Below are positions 9,118 to 19,300 of a DNA stretch of 64,000 bases, piece after piece. How positions within the stretch are numbered: the first letter of the stretch is position 1; each line of letters begins with the position of its first letter. The stretch is taken from NCBI GenBank assembly GCA_020631855.1, contig JACKGU010000001.1, forward strand, positions 363,118 to 427,117, written 5' to 3'. Position numbers and translations under genes: made by a program. This DNA is from Candidatus Nomurabacteria bacterium (GTDB lineage: Bacteria > Patescibacteriota > WWE3 > UBA101185 > UBA10185). The notes beneath the pieces are model-generated. The model saw nothing but the letters and a program-made list of their open reading frames with translations. It had not been told where the DNA came from and did not search any database.

Positions 9118-10092
9118 ATGACAAAAAAGGAAAATAAATTTATATCAATAGTTATACCTTGCAGAAATGAAGAAGGTAACATGGTGGAGAATATAAGGGG
9201 TATTTCAAAAGTTCTAACTGAAGCCCAATACAGACACGAGATCATCTGTATTGACGACGGGAGTAAAGATAAAACATGGGAAAAAATACAAGAACTCTCT
9301 AAGAAATATACCGAGCTCAAGGGCATAAGATTCATGAGAAACCACGGAATGACGCAGGCTTACTCCGCCGGCTTCGATTCCTCTAAAGGAGATTACGTAA
9401 TCACTATGTCCGCCGACATGGAGATACCAGCAAAAAACCTATTAAAAGTGATTGAACTACTAGACGAGGGGTACGACTTTGTTAACACTAACCGCGAAGG
9501 AAGGTGGGGAAATGCCGACAGGGCGCTCCCAAGCAAAATTGCTAACAATATTATTGGAAAAATCTCAGGAGTTTACATGAAAGATACCGGTTCGGGAATG
9601 AAGGGTTTTAGAAGAGTGCTTATAGATAACTTTTCTTTATACGGTGAGATGCACAGGATGATCCCGGCTTATTTAAGTTCTTTTGGGGCTAAAATGACTG
9701 AATTCGATGTTGAGTTCAAAGATCGTACATACGGAACATCTTCCTACGGTGGGCTAAGCAGAACTTTTAAGGTTTTGTTGGACATTATAACAATGGCATT
9801 TATGATAAATCTAACTAAAAAGCCTTTCATGGCAATCCCGGGAAGATTATTCGGAGCAACCGGGGCGTTGATTTCGGGAATGGGCGGTCTCATAGCTTTT
9901 TATCTTCTTATACTAAAGCTTATGGGACAAAGTATAGGGGGGAGGCCGTTATTTTTTGTATCTATATTCATGATAGTAATAGGTTTACAATCTTTAATGA
10001 TCGGCATGATAGGAGAACTGCTCATGAGAACTTACTTCGAGGCCTCAGGTAGAAAAACCTACACTATCAGGGAAAAAATAAACATAGCCTAA
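9118..10092 (+). CDS. GT2 polyprenyl-phosphate glycosyltransferase (DPM1/GtrB-like) with C-terminal TM helices
   Basis: ISIVIPCRNEEGN, a DDGSKD acidic motif, and two C-terminal TM helices. Confidence 0.75.
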   Translation: MTKKENKFISIVIPCRNEEGNMVENIRGISKVLTEAQYRHEIICIDDGSKDKTWEKIQELSKKYTELKGIRFMRNHGMTQAYSAGFDSSKGDYVITMSADMEIPAKNLLKVIELLDEGYDFVNTNREGRWGNADRALPSKIANNIIGKISGVYMKDTGSGMKGFRRVLIDNFSLYGEMHRMIPAYLSSFGAKMTEFDVEFKDRTYGTSSYGGLSRTFKVLLDIITMAFMINLTKKPFMAIPGRLFGATGALISGMGGLIAFYLLILKLMGQSIGGRPLFFVSIFMIVIGLQSLMIGMIGELLMRTYFEASGRKTYTIREKINIA

Positions 10093-10163
10093 GTAAGCAA
10101 AAGCACACAACGGGAAACATTTACTTTCATACTCAGTGCCAATCTCGTGGTAATAAAGGAAGG

Positions 10164-10239
10164 TGGTGGGTGATCCTGGGCTCGAACCAGGGACCACTCG
10201 TGTATAAGACGAGCGCTCTACCAACTGAGCTAATCACCC
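10164..10239 (-). tRNA. tRNA-Ile (anticodon UAU), CCA encoded
   Basis: A manual fold gives acceptor GGGUGAU/AUCACCC, a GCUC/GAGC D-stem, and an anticodon stem CUCGU/ACGAG with loop CUUAUAC (anticodon UAU). The T-loop is UUCGAGC and the 3' end is ACCA. Confidence 0.8.
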
Positions 10240-10261
10240 ATATACTAAAAGTTAGTGACCT

Positions 10262-10285
10262 AGTATAGCAAAAAAAGGCGCCTTT
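10262..10285 (-). terminator. intrinsic terminator (AAAAAGGCGCCUUUUC palindrome with flanking A/T runs), downstream of hpf
   Basis: GC palindrome GGCGCC flanked by an A7 run and a T4 run. On the minus strand the hairpin is followed by UUUUUUU. Confidence 0.4.
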
Positions 10286-10389
10286 TCAAATGCCGGACAC
10301 AAACCCTTAACGTATCTAGAATTTAACAGCCGACCTAAAAAGTTGACCACCTGTAAATGCCGAAAAGGCGCCAACAACCTTAAACTATT

Positions 10390-10746
10390 CTAAAGAACCA
10401 GATCGTCTTCCGATACTACTTTCGCATCTCTAACGCGATCCCATTTTTCAGACCTGTCAGTATCTTTTAGCACACTACGTTCAACTTTATTTACTGCAGA
10501 CACCAAGGCTTCTTCAAAGCTATAGCCAATTCCGTCGGCATAATATATCTCACCTTTAACGTTGGCTTCGATCTTGACCTCAAATTTCGTGTCAGCTCCC
10601 GGGGCACTATTTAAAACTACCCTTATATTAGTTAGATCTTCCTCTATTCTTCCCCACAACTTCTCGAGTTTGCCCATTTTGGACATTACCAAATTTTGCA
10701 TACTTGCAGTCACCTGCATATTATCTGACGTAATTTGATATTTCAT
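10390..10746 (-). CDS. hpf: ribosome hibernation promoting factor (HPF/RaiA, sigma54-modulation protein family)
   Basis: MKYQITSDNMQVTASMQ...KLEKLWGRIE...FEVKIEANVKGEIYYAD matches the YfiA/HPF fold signature. Confidence 0.8.
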   Translation of the reverse strand: MKYQITSDNMQVTASMQNLVMSKMGKLEKLWGRIEEDLTNIRVVLNSAPGADTKFEVKIEANVKGEIYYADGIGYSFEEALVSAVNKVERSVLKDTDRSEKWDRVRDAKVVSEDDLVL

Positions 10747-10811
10747 ATTTATATTTTACCATTTTAAGGACTCGCTGGGGGCTAAGTTCACTGACCTTAT
10801 AATTTTTTATG

Positions 10812-11132
10812 TCAGTTGTCTTTGGGGAATATTTTATTACCATCTTTATCGTATAAAATAATAGCGGCAGTGGGACAAGATTGAGCAGCCATTAATAATT
10901 CATCATCGCTTATTTTCTCTCCGTTTTCTTTAACAACTGCTATGCTATCATCGTCCATCTCAAAAGCCTGGGGTGAAACCACTACACAAGTTGTCGCCCC
11001 AATGCAAAGCTCTCTCACAACCTCAATTCGATGTATTAATTTTGTCTTTGGATCCGATGAAACATCTTTGCCCAAAACTAGATTTTTATTTTTTTGAGCA
11101 TCGGGTACTTTTTTCGACATATCACTCTTCAA
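10812..11132 (-). CDS. small ferredoxin (3-Cys CxxAxxC...CP cluster motif)
   Basis: CIGATTC plus SCPTAAI resembles single-cluster ferredoxins (CIGCGAC...CP) with the second Cys replaced by Ala. It is the last gene of the suf operon. Confidence 0.5.
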   Translation of the reverse strand: MKSDMSKKVPDAQKNKNLVLGKDVSSDPKTKLIHRIEVVRELCIGATTCVVVSPQAFEMDDDSIAVVKENGEKISDDELLMAAQSCPTAAIILYDKDGNKIFPKDN

Positions 11133-11370
11133 AATTTATAACTTCATTTACTCTTTCTATTAATTCAGCGATCTCTTCGTCGCCCATCCCGTGTATCTTT
11201 GCGCCCATCTCTATTGTGTCAAAGGTATTAGCAAAGCACCCTACACAGTGTAACCCGTAATCCAGCAAAACCTCTGCAGCCTCGGGGTACTCCATAACAA
11301 GCTCTCCAAGATTTGTTTCTTTAGTTACCTTAGAGTGGGATAGCGTCGACGTATCCGCAGTATTAGCCAT
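11122..11370 (-). CDS. DUF1858 (hybrid-cluster-protein-associated redox disulfide) domain protein
   Basis: LGELVMEYPEAAEVLLDYGLHCVGCFANTFDTIEMGAKIHGM matches DUF1858. The start was moved to the internal Met (MANTAD) to avoid a 47-nt overlap with sufU. Confidence 0.5.
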   Translation of the reverse strand: MANTADTSTLSHSKVTKETNLGELVMEYPEAAEVLLDYGLHCVGCFANTFDTIEMGAKIHGMGDEEIAELIERVNEVINFEE

Positions 11371-11425
11371 AACATCTTTTCCCACCTTATCTGCAGGAGC
11401 TGGTTTTATACTATTTTTATTTTGT

Positions 11426-11806
11426 TTAATCTTTTTTGTCATATGATTGTAATGCGACCTGCAGGGCATCAAGTATCAAAGTCGCACATTTAACCCTACT
11501 GGTAGTTAAATCTATCGACAATAAATCCAGTATATCATTCTTAGTAAAGCTTCGAATCTCAGATATCGACCTTCCTATTAAAAAATCCAGTACTAAAGAA
11601 GCGGCTATAATACTAACCGCGCAGGAGTCTCCGGTAAAACCGGCGTCTATAAGCTTGCCCTCTGCAAATTGTAATTCGAGATCAAGACTATCTCCGCACA
11701 TTTCATTACGAACACTTGTACTTACGGTAGGGCTTTTTATCTTTGCCCTGTGCATAGGATTTTTATAAATCTCTAATAAATCTTCTCTGGTGTATATGTC
11801 TGCCAT
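11426..11806 (-). CDS. sufU: Fe-S cluster assembly scaffold SufU (NifU-like)
   Basis: MCGDSL, GDSCAVS and a C-terminal Cys provide the three conserved cysteines of SufU/IscU. Confidence 0.7.
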   Translation of the reverse strand: MADIYTREDLLEIYKNPMHRAKIKSPTVSTSVRNEMCGDSLDLELQFAEGKLIDAGFTGDSCAVSIIAASLVLDFLIGRSISEIRSFTKNDILDLLSIDLTTSRVKCATLILDALQVALQSYDKKD

Positions 11807-11840
11807 AGTTTATATGAATTTAAACAGTAAAATTAAGTAA

Positions 11841-13070
11841 CTAAGCTCCCCTAAGTAATTTTATAGCTTTTAATATGGCGTCGCACAGCGCGTCAATGTC
11901 TTCCTTTGTTGTATATATTCCAAAGCTTGCTCTTATTGTTGAATTTACCTGAAGCTTATCGTGCAAAGGCATGGTGCAGTGCTGGCCGGATCTTACCGCT
12001 ATACCCTCCGCATTTAACACCGCCGCAACATCGTGAGAATGTAAACCTTCAAGAGAGAAAGAAACCAGGGCCCCGCGCTCAGCTGCTACTTTCGGACCAT
12101 ATATGAACATGCCGTCAATCGAACTCAGCCTATCAATAGCGTACCCGGTAATCTCTTCACCATGCGAAACAATAGAATCCATACCAATAGAATTGATGAA
12201 ATCTACAGCAATACCTAAACCATAGGCACCGGCAACATTTGGGGTTCCAGCTTCATATTTTTCGGGAGAGGGGGCCCAAGTAGAAGAGTTCAAACTTACT
12301 GTTCTTATCATGCCGCCGCCAAATTCAAACGGAGGTATTAAATCGTGCAACGACTTCTTTATATAAAGAGCCCCCACTCCCATGGGACCATACATTTTGT
12401 GAGCAGAAAAACTATAAAAATCGCACCCTAAAGAAACGACATCTACAGGTATGTGCCCCACTGCCTGGGCACCGTCGACACTAATTACCGCCCCTCTAGA
12501 GTGTGCCAACTTCGCAAGTTGTTTAATTGGATAAATATTGCCAAGAACATTTGATACATGAGCGAGAGAGATAATTTTTACTCCCGGAGTAAAATATTTT
12601 TCAACCTTTTTTAAATCAAGCGAGCCATCTAATTCAAGGGGTAAAAAAATTAATTTAAGTTTTAGGATATTTGCTATCTCCTGCCATGGAACAAAATTGC
12701 TATGGTGTTCGGAATCCAACAGCAAAATGGAATCTCCCTCCTTGAGTGCTGAAACCGCATAGCTCATCGCAACTCTATTTAGACCTTCGGTAGCTCCTTT
12801 AGTAAAAATAACTTCTGTGGAAGATTCTGCATTCAAAAATTTTTGAACCTTTATTCTTGCTTGCTCGTATAAGTCGGTAGACTCATCTGATAAAAAATGC
12901 ACACCTCTGTGAACATTCGCATTGTGTAGAGAGTAATACTCAGTTTGAGAATCAATAACTGAGTAGGGTTTTTGACTTGTTGCTGCAGTATCCAGATAAA
13001 CTAAAGGCTTACCGTTGTAGATTCTTTTAAAAATAGGAAAATCATTTTTGACGGTGTTTATATCTTTCAC
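11841..13070 (-). CDS. sufS: cysteine desulfurase SufS (class V aminotransferase)
   Basis: PLP lysine context SAHKMYGPMGVGALY, active-site Cys in RSGQHC, 409 aa. Confidence 0.85.
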   Translation of the reverse strand: MKDINTVKNDFPIFKRIYNGKPLVYLDTAATSQKPYSVIDSQTEYYSLHNANVHRGVHFLSDESTDLYEQARIKVQKFLNAESSTEVIFTKGATEGLNRVAMSYAVSALKEGDSILLLDSEHHSNFVPWQEIANILKLKLIFLPLELDGSLDLKKVEKYFTPGVKIISLAHVSNVLGNIYPIKQLAKLAHSRGAVISVDGAQAVGHIPVDVVSLGCDFYSFSAHKMYGPMGVGALYIKKSLHDLIPPFEFGGGMIRTVSLNSSTWAPSPEKYEAGTPNVAGAYGLGIAVDFINSIGMDSIVSHGEEITGYAIDRLSSIDGMFIYGPKVAAERGALVSFSLEGLHSHDVAAVLNAEGIAVRSGQHCTMPLHDKLQVNSTIRASFGIYTTKEDIDALCDAILKAIKLLRGA

Positions 13071-13669
13071 TTTTCCCCAATTCCGAGCAAAGGCTCTAAA
13101 TAATTCTTGACAGAGGCTTCTTTAATGTTACCAAGTACCGACTCAAAGAAACCTCTTACAATTAAACCTTCAGCTTCGTTTCTGGTCAATCCCCTACTTT
13201 CCAAGTAGTACAGCATACTCTCGTCAACTCTGCCGGTAGTCGAGCCGTGCGATGCCTTTACTTCATTTGCTTCTATCTCTAAAATCGGGTCGGAGCGAGT
13301 GTGCGTACCTTTACCCACGACAAGAACCGCATCGTCAAGAAAAGAGCTTGTATCAATTGCAGTTTTTTCAATTTTTATTTTACCTAAATAATCAGAAAGA
13401 GAATTGTCACGGAGAACTGCACGAACAACAGTGTTACAAGAAGTTGATCTTGCAACATGTCTCGCTGAAGTTCTCAACTTCACTGGAGAAAGCTCGTCAC
13501 AGCTATATAAAGCTATTATCTCCGAAGTTACTCCGGGAGTATTAAATAAAAACTCTACTTCAACAACATCCTGCCCTTTCAATAGCTTAGGATCAAAAAC
13601 ATACTGCGCCGAGCTTGAAACCTCAATTATATTTTTAGACGGTATTTTATCAATTAATATAGTGCGCAT
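13067..13669 (-). CDS. sufD: short SufD-like Fe-S assembly protein
   Basis: The C-terminal SufB/D beta-helix region shows similarity to the SufB C-terminus (GSTTGRVDESMLYYLESRGLTRNEAEGLIV). The gene is 200 aa and sits between sufB and sufS. Confidence 0.6.
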   Translation of the reverse strand: MRTILIDKIPSKNIIEVSSSAQYVFDPKLLKGQDVVEVEFLFNTPGVTSEIIALYSCDELSPVKLRTSARHVARSTSCNTVVRAVLRDNSLSDYLGKIKIEKTAIDTSSFLDDAVLVVGKGTHTRSDPILEIEANEVKASHGSTTGRVDESMLYYLESRGLTRNEAEGLIVRGFFESVLGNIKEASVKNYLEPLLGIGEK

Positions 13670-15069
13670 TAACCAACCGATCCTTCCATTTCAAGCTCAA
13701 TAAGCCTATTCAACTCTACCGCGTATTCAAGCGGAAGCTCTTTTACAATGGGCTCGATGAAACCCGAAACAACAAGCCCCATCGCCTCGGCTTCAGTTAA
13801 ACCCCTGCTCATAAGATAAAAAAGCTTTTCTTCGCCAACCTTACTTACAGTAGCCTCGTGTTCGATCTGAGCAGTATCATTATCTATCTTCATTGTTGGA
13901 TAGGTGTCTGATGCCGATTCCGCATCTAGTATAAGCGCGTCGCATTCAACTCGGCACTTTGCATTGTTTGCCGTAGGAGTAACAGACACCAAACCTCTAT
14001 AGCTGGACCTGCCGCCAAGCACACTAACAGACTTTGAGATAATTGTAGAAGAGGTATTAGGAGCTAAATGAACCATTTTGGCCCCTGCATCTTGGTGCTG
14101 ATGCTTGCCTGCATACGCTATGGATAGTACTTCTCCATGAGCACCCTCGCCCACTAAATAACACGAGGGGTATTTCATAGTAAGACGCGATCCCAAATTG
14201 CCATCAACCCACTCCATAACTCCGTTTTTTTCTACACGAGCTCTCTTTGTTACAAGATTGTAAACATCGTTCGACCAATTCTGAATAGTTGTATATCTAA
14301 AACGCGCGCCCGGCTTAACAATTACTTCAACAACAGCAGAGTGCAAAGAATCTTTTGAATAAACCGGTGCTGTACAACCCTCAACATAATGTGCGTAACT
14401 TCCCTCATCGGCAATTATTAAAGTTCTTTCAAACTGCCCCATATTCATAGCATTAATTCTAAAATATGCTTGCAAAGGTCTTTTAACATGTATGCCTTTT
14501 GGAATATAAACAAAAGAACCGCCCGACCAAACCGCAGTATTCAACGCGGCAAACTTATTATCTGCGGCAGGGATAACGGTACCAAAATACTGTTCAAAAA
14601 TTTCAGGGTATTTTTTCAGAGCATCATCAGTGCCTAGGAATATAACTCCCTGCTCCTCCAACTCAGCCATCAAAGAACCGTAAATAACTTCAGAATCAAA
14701 CTGTGCTTTTACTCCGGCCAAGTGCTCTCTTTCAGCTTGAGGAATTCCTAGCCTTTCAAACGTGTCTTTAACTCCTTGAGGAACATCGTCCCAGCTTTTT
14801 TCTTCTTTATCGGCCGGCTTTAGATAATAATAAATGTCATCATAATTAATTTTGCTCAAATCTCCTCCCCAAGTAGGATTTGGTTTAGATAAAAAAATTG
14901 AATATGCTTTCAAGCGCAACTCTCGCATCCATTCGGGTTCGTGTTTCATTGCAGATATTTGAGAGACTATATCTTCATTTAACCCTTTTGGGGTTTTGAA
15001 AACAAAATCCTCTTTTACATTAAAGCCGTACTTGCTTTTGTAATTTGAATTAAGTTTTATATCTTGCAT
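13669..15069 (-). CDS. sufB: Fe-S cluster assembly protein SufB
   Basis: 466 aa with a conserved SufB core (…[26 protein letters not shown]…FYLMSRGL…). Confidence 0.85.
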   Translation of the reverse strand: MQDIKLNSNYKSKYGFNVKEDFVFKTPKGLNEDIVSQISAMKHEPEWMRELRLKAYSIFLSKPNPTWGGDLSKINYDDIYYYLKPADKEEKSWDDVPQGVKDTFERLGIPQAEREHLAGVKAQFDSEVIYGSLMAELEEQGVIFLGTDDALKKYPEIFEQYFGTVIPAADNKFAALNTAVWSGGSFVYIPKGIHVKRPLQAYFRINAMNMGQFERTLIIADEGSYAHYVEGCTAPVYSKDSLHSAVVEVIVKPGARFRYTTIQNWSNDVYNLVTKRARVEKNGVMEWVDGNLGSRLTMKYPSCYLVGEGAHGEVLSIAYAGKHQHQDAGAKMVHLAPNTSSTIISKSVSVLGGRSSYRGLVSVTPTANNAKCRVECDALILDAESASDTYPTMKIDNDTAQIEHEATVSKVGEEKLFYLMSRGLTEAEAMGLVVSGFIEPIVKELPLEYAVELNRLIELEMEGSVG

Positions 15070-15082
15070 AATTTAATTATTC

Positions 15083-15817
15083 CTACTCGCCAAAAGGAGC
15101 GTACCCCTTATCTTCTAGTTCCTGCGCTAACGAACTATCTCCTTCTTTTACAATAATGCCCTTTCTCATAATGACAACTTTATCAGGCTCTAAATACTGC
15201 AACACACGGGTGTAGTGGGTGATTATTAAAACTGCCATTCCCTTTTCCTGCCTTAGATAACTCACGGCCTTTGCGACTATTTTTAAAGCATCAATATCGA
15301 GTCCGCTATCAGTTTCGTCCAACACAGCGAGCTTAGGTTCAAGAACCAACATTTGCAGCATTTCCATTCTTTTTTTCTCACCACCAGAAAAACCTTCATT
15401 AAGATATCGGGACATAAAATCTTCAGGCATTTCTAGAATAGATAGTTTTTCTTTTAAAATCGTTCTAAACTTTGCCGGAGAAATCTTAGTGTTATTTTTC
15501 TTATTGTAAATTAATCGCAAAAAATTAGAGATTGTTACGCCTGTAACCTCACTGGGATACTGAAAAGATAAAAATAAACCTAAATTCGACCTTTCATTAG
15601 CTTCCAAAGAAAACAATTTTTGAGAATCAAACAAAGCATTTCCGTCTGTTACAGTGTAAGCAGGGTTTCCCATTAGGGTTTGAGCTAAGGTACTCTTGCC
15701 GGAGCCGTTGGGGCCCATTAAAGCTACGACCTCCCCTTCACCAAGCTTCAAAGTAATACCTTTCAATATTTCTTTATCTTCAATAGAAACTCTAAGATTA
15801 TTTATTTGCAATAACAT
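15083..15817 (-). CDS. sufC: Fe-S cluster assembly ATPase SufC
   Basis: Walker A GPNGSGKST, signature FSGGEKKR, Walker B LAVLDETDSG. Confidence 0.85.
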   Translation of the reverse strand: MLLQINNLRVSIEDKEILKGITLKLGEGEVVALMGPNGSGKSTLAQTLMGNPAYTVTDGNALFDSQKLFSLEANERSNLGLFLSFQYPSEVTGVTISNFLRLIYNKKNNTKISPAKFRTILKEKLSILEMPEDFMSRYLNEGFSGGEKKRMEMLQMLVLEPKLAVLDETDSGLDIDALKIVAKAVSYLRQEKGMAVLIITHYTRVLQYLEPDKVVIMRKGIIVKEGDSSLAQELEDKGYAPFGE

Positions 15818-15820
15818 TTG

Positions 15821-16147
15821 TTATTTTTCCTTAAAATTACTGACTGTAATATTTTTCATAACACAAGGGGCGTTAATTACAGGGCAAGTTTCGCTTATGC
15901 TATAGAAGGCCTCCTTGCCTACCTTGGATCTATTTAGTAATCCCGATTGCTGCATTTGTTGCAGATGGTGTGTAACTGTAGGCTGAGACAACTTTAGCAT
16001 TTTGGCTAAGGTTTTAACATTTGCCCTACCTTCAGTTTGAAGGTAGCCATATATAGTATATTTGGCCTCCACACCTAAGTTTTTAAAGCATGCTGTACAT
16101 TGAGGTGCTGAAACACTATCTCTATGCCCTGAAGATGAATTTTTCAC
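15821..16147 (-). CDS. ArsR/SmtB-family winged-helix regulator with Cys pairs (SufR-like candidate)
   Basis: HTH LKLSQPTVTHHLQQMQQSGLL and Cys motifs CTAC / CPVINAPC. It is the first gene of the suf operon, with a GTG start. Confidence 0.55.
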   Translation of the reverse strand: MKNSSSGHRDSVSAPQCTACFKNLGVEAKYTIYGYLQTEGRANVKTLAKMLKLSQPTVTHHLQQMQQSGLLNRSKVGKEAFYSISETCPVINAPCVMKNITVSNFKEK

Positions 16148-16182
16148 ATATAGATACTAATCTATATGTGCCTAAAAGTCAA
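16147..16182 (-). promoter_or_regulatory. suf operon promoter (-35 TTGACT, 17-nt spacer, -10 TAGTAT) with overlapping 9-bp inverted-repeat operator CATATAGAT-acta-ATCTATATG
   Basis: On the minus strand: TTGACT (16177-16182), a 17-nt spacer, and TAGTAT (16154-16159). A perfect palindrome at 16147-16168 overlaps the -10 and the predicted start. Confidence 0.4.
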
Positions 16183-16203
16183 AGTCTTTTAAAATCAGTT
16201 TCT

Positions 16204-16348
16204 AGCCGGTGGGTTTTACGCAGCAATCAAACACCACCGGTCTACGCAGGTGGTTTATTGTAATTTATTTGAATTGCAAAGCCCAACAGGTTAGATGACG
16301 ATGTCTACTAGCTTACGCAAGCAGTTCAAGTAACGAAATTATAAAAAA
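16204..16348 (-). repeat. copy C of a 120-nt intergenic repeat family (inverted relative to copies A/B)
   Basis: The reverse complement aligns at about 75% with 26808-26930 and 37944-38180. Shared blocks: TTTATAATTTCGTTACT, AAGCTAGTAGA, GTTGGGCTTTGCAA, AAACCACCTGCGTA..GGTGG. Confidence 0.6.
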
Positions 16349-16349
16349 A

Positions 16350-19300
16350 CTATCTCTCCGCTCGGCTGCTGGTTACAGCTTGATACCACCTATATGCCGC
16401 CGTTGCAGATCCCATGCGAAACCATTGATCAAAAGGACCTATTAAATCCTCCCCGTCGGGACCTGTCGGGGGGTCATTATTATAATTAATCTCGGGTTCA
16501 ATTGGACAAATATCTACGTAATTGCCAAAATCCGGGTGGAAACCGCAAGACATAAGCCCCATGTTGCTGTGTTCTGAATCAATAAGGTTTAAAGGCAGGT
16601 TGTCGTAGCCTTCGTAAGGAAGAGGGTCGCTGCAATACTGTGCAAACCCCGGATACACTACGTATGGGTCATTGTATTGAGTAAGTTTGTGTCCACAATT
16701 TTTATAAAATGGCGATGTATATCTAGAAAATGCTCTCACAGAAGAATAGTAATCAAGATTTGAAGCTGAAGTCCCGGAATGCGCAATAAAAATTCTTGCG
16801 GCATCAACGCCCGATTCATAAAGGCCCGGAAGACAAGATTCAAATGTTGTATCTCCTTCCTCGCAAGGGGGATAAGTTTTACCAACATCAGGTTCGTTCT
16901 CGCCTAAGACCCTACCACTTATAATTGAACGGTTAGGGGCGTTTGTGCCGCCTGTTTCGTTATAATGAAGACCCGCAAATATCTCGCATGCTAAACCTGT
17001 AACATCCTCAAGCGCGGCATAAACGCCCTCAACCTGGGGGGAAACATTCGGCACATCCGATGTTGTCGGAGATAAATTCGGAGCATTCTTCAAAAAAGTA
17101 CTGGCAAAAACAGAACCGTTGCATTTACCATCAAAGCCTGGAGGTGGGGGCGTAGTCCCGGTACCATCGTCACCTTTATCAACAAGTTCGGGAGCTTCCA
17201 TTCCGGAGTATGATGTTGAATTCGGCACCTTCACATATGAGCTGACGTTTTGCAAGGTTGTCACACCACTACCGCCACTGTTCATGGCATAACGTTCTTT
17301 GTCGTAGTCGGAAAGCAAGTTTTGAGGATCAATATCGTGGAATGTCATACTGCCTGTTCTGTAGGCTTCTTGAGACGGCAGTCTAAAAGTCAGAGCAGCT
17401 AACTCAGTTGCCGCAGAGATCTCTTTAGGATGAGTCGGGTCTTCAGGAGCATACATTATGCCAGTGTATGGCCCGACAATATCCCCCCTGCACTGAGAAA
17501 GCCCGTCGGGATTATACACAGTGGCCTTTCTAAATATACACTGATACGAAGTTGCAGGAGAGATGCCCGTGCAAACAGCATCCCAACCGTATGTGTCACA
17601 GGCGGTCTCAGGAACACTAGTGCATTGAGAAACCTCACACCAATCCTCCCTTATATCACAAGATTGGCCTGCCGCCATATCTACAAAAGGCAGACACTCA
17701 CTTCCTATCATTGAAGGATCCCAATTATCCATAGTTGGCCCGCCGAACTTCGAAACAACATCAACGTACTCGGTAGAATAAGCTCCCAGGGCTCCTTGGC
17801 CACTCACAGATCCGGCAAAATCAATTTTTTCTTGGTCTGCAAATAACGTGTGGAACGTAATTAAAAAGAAAAATCTCTGTAACCACGAAATAAGCGACGG
17901 ATCTTTTGTTAAATACCTGTAACCAGAAGTAAAAGGGCTCTTTACATCTCCTTTTGTCTTGGAGTCCCACTCATATAATTTTTCTTCGCATGCACCATCT
18001 ACAAAATTGCAGCTACAAAGCAGGTAGGGCTTGCCAATCTGGTAATGTCCTTTTCCTGATCTTATAATTCCTGTATCCGGGCCGGGCATTAATTGAGGAA
18101 TACGTACCCCGTTTTCATCCAACCCAAAAGGAAGACCCGGCAACAAACGAACTGCCCCCAAAGGCCCTTTTAATCCCATGTCTTGAGCAACTTTTTCGCT
18201 AGCGTACATTTCCGAAGCAAATAAATTGGTCTCGGGAACACCTGACGGAATTATAGGTAACATGTTATAAGATTTCATATCTTGTTCCACTTCGTTATCA
18301 TCAAGACGAGCTTTTCTCGAACACGCTATATCAGGATTTCCATCGGTTAAAATACAATCCGCAGAGTCTTTAGTATTTTCATAAAATGCCTGTCCATAAA
18401 CTGTTGTGTCTATTGCAGATAAAACAGCCAAAACAGGATATTCGCTAAACGAAGAAGACGGAACTCCGTCATCAAAAGGATTTGGGAAGTCATTATAATA
18501 TTTATAATTTGTACCATCTTTGCAAACTGCAGGATTAGCTATTTTAGCTACCTCATGCAAACTTTCTAAAGCATTAGGGAGCTGCATTGTAACCGAATAG
18601 TTGTAACACGTATTCATACTTTGAGAAGGTTTTTCATTTGTTTCTGGAATTACAAGACGATTACAGGCCTCAATATTTTCACATAGGGGTAACTTGGCGA
18701 GCCTCTCTTCTTCCGTGCCTTCAACAAAAGGATCAACCTGCCTATCTTCTTCTCCTCGATACGAGCCGAAGGGGTTTTCAGTCACCTTGGCCCCTAGCCC
18801 AGTAGTACTGTCTCGGCCCTCTAAATCTTCTTTCGAGGGTTGGACGGAATAAGGCAAGCGAGTTGGCACGCCGTTTACAAACCCTACATCTTTATTGTCA
18901 TAAGAACCATCAGCTCCTTCTCGTCCTACATAAGCCTCGCGCCTGTAACCAAGGGCTATTTCAGAAGACCCCGATAAATTAAGTTCGGCCGGAGTACTGT
19001 TCTCATCTCCAAAACAAGCTAGTGGTTGTTTCTCGTTGTAAAGTTTTTGCAAAGAAAAAGTTAACGGAGCAACAGCGGGACGATCGTAATTTAAATCGGA
19101 ACAAGAAATTTTATGGTTCATTTCAACAACGTTGTTACTTAAGTCAACAGACCAGGCATCAACTACCTGATCGTCTTCTTCACACGTCAGCAGTAAATAA
19201 ACCGAGTTATTAAAAGAGCCTCCATCAGCCTTTCGCGTACATTGAATTTCATAATTTCCATCTCCATCGGTTGTAGTGGAGGCATCCCAATCAACAAAAC

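Noticed and set aside
11371-11472. N-terminal extension of ORF 11122..11472 overlapping sufU by 47 nt
   Set aside because: The DUF1858 domain begins after the internal Met (MANTAD). The extension is basic and low-complexity and would overlap the sufU C-terminus.
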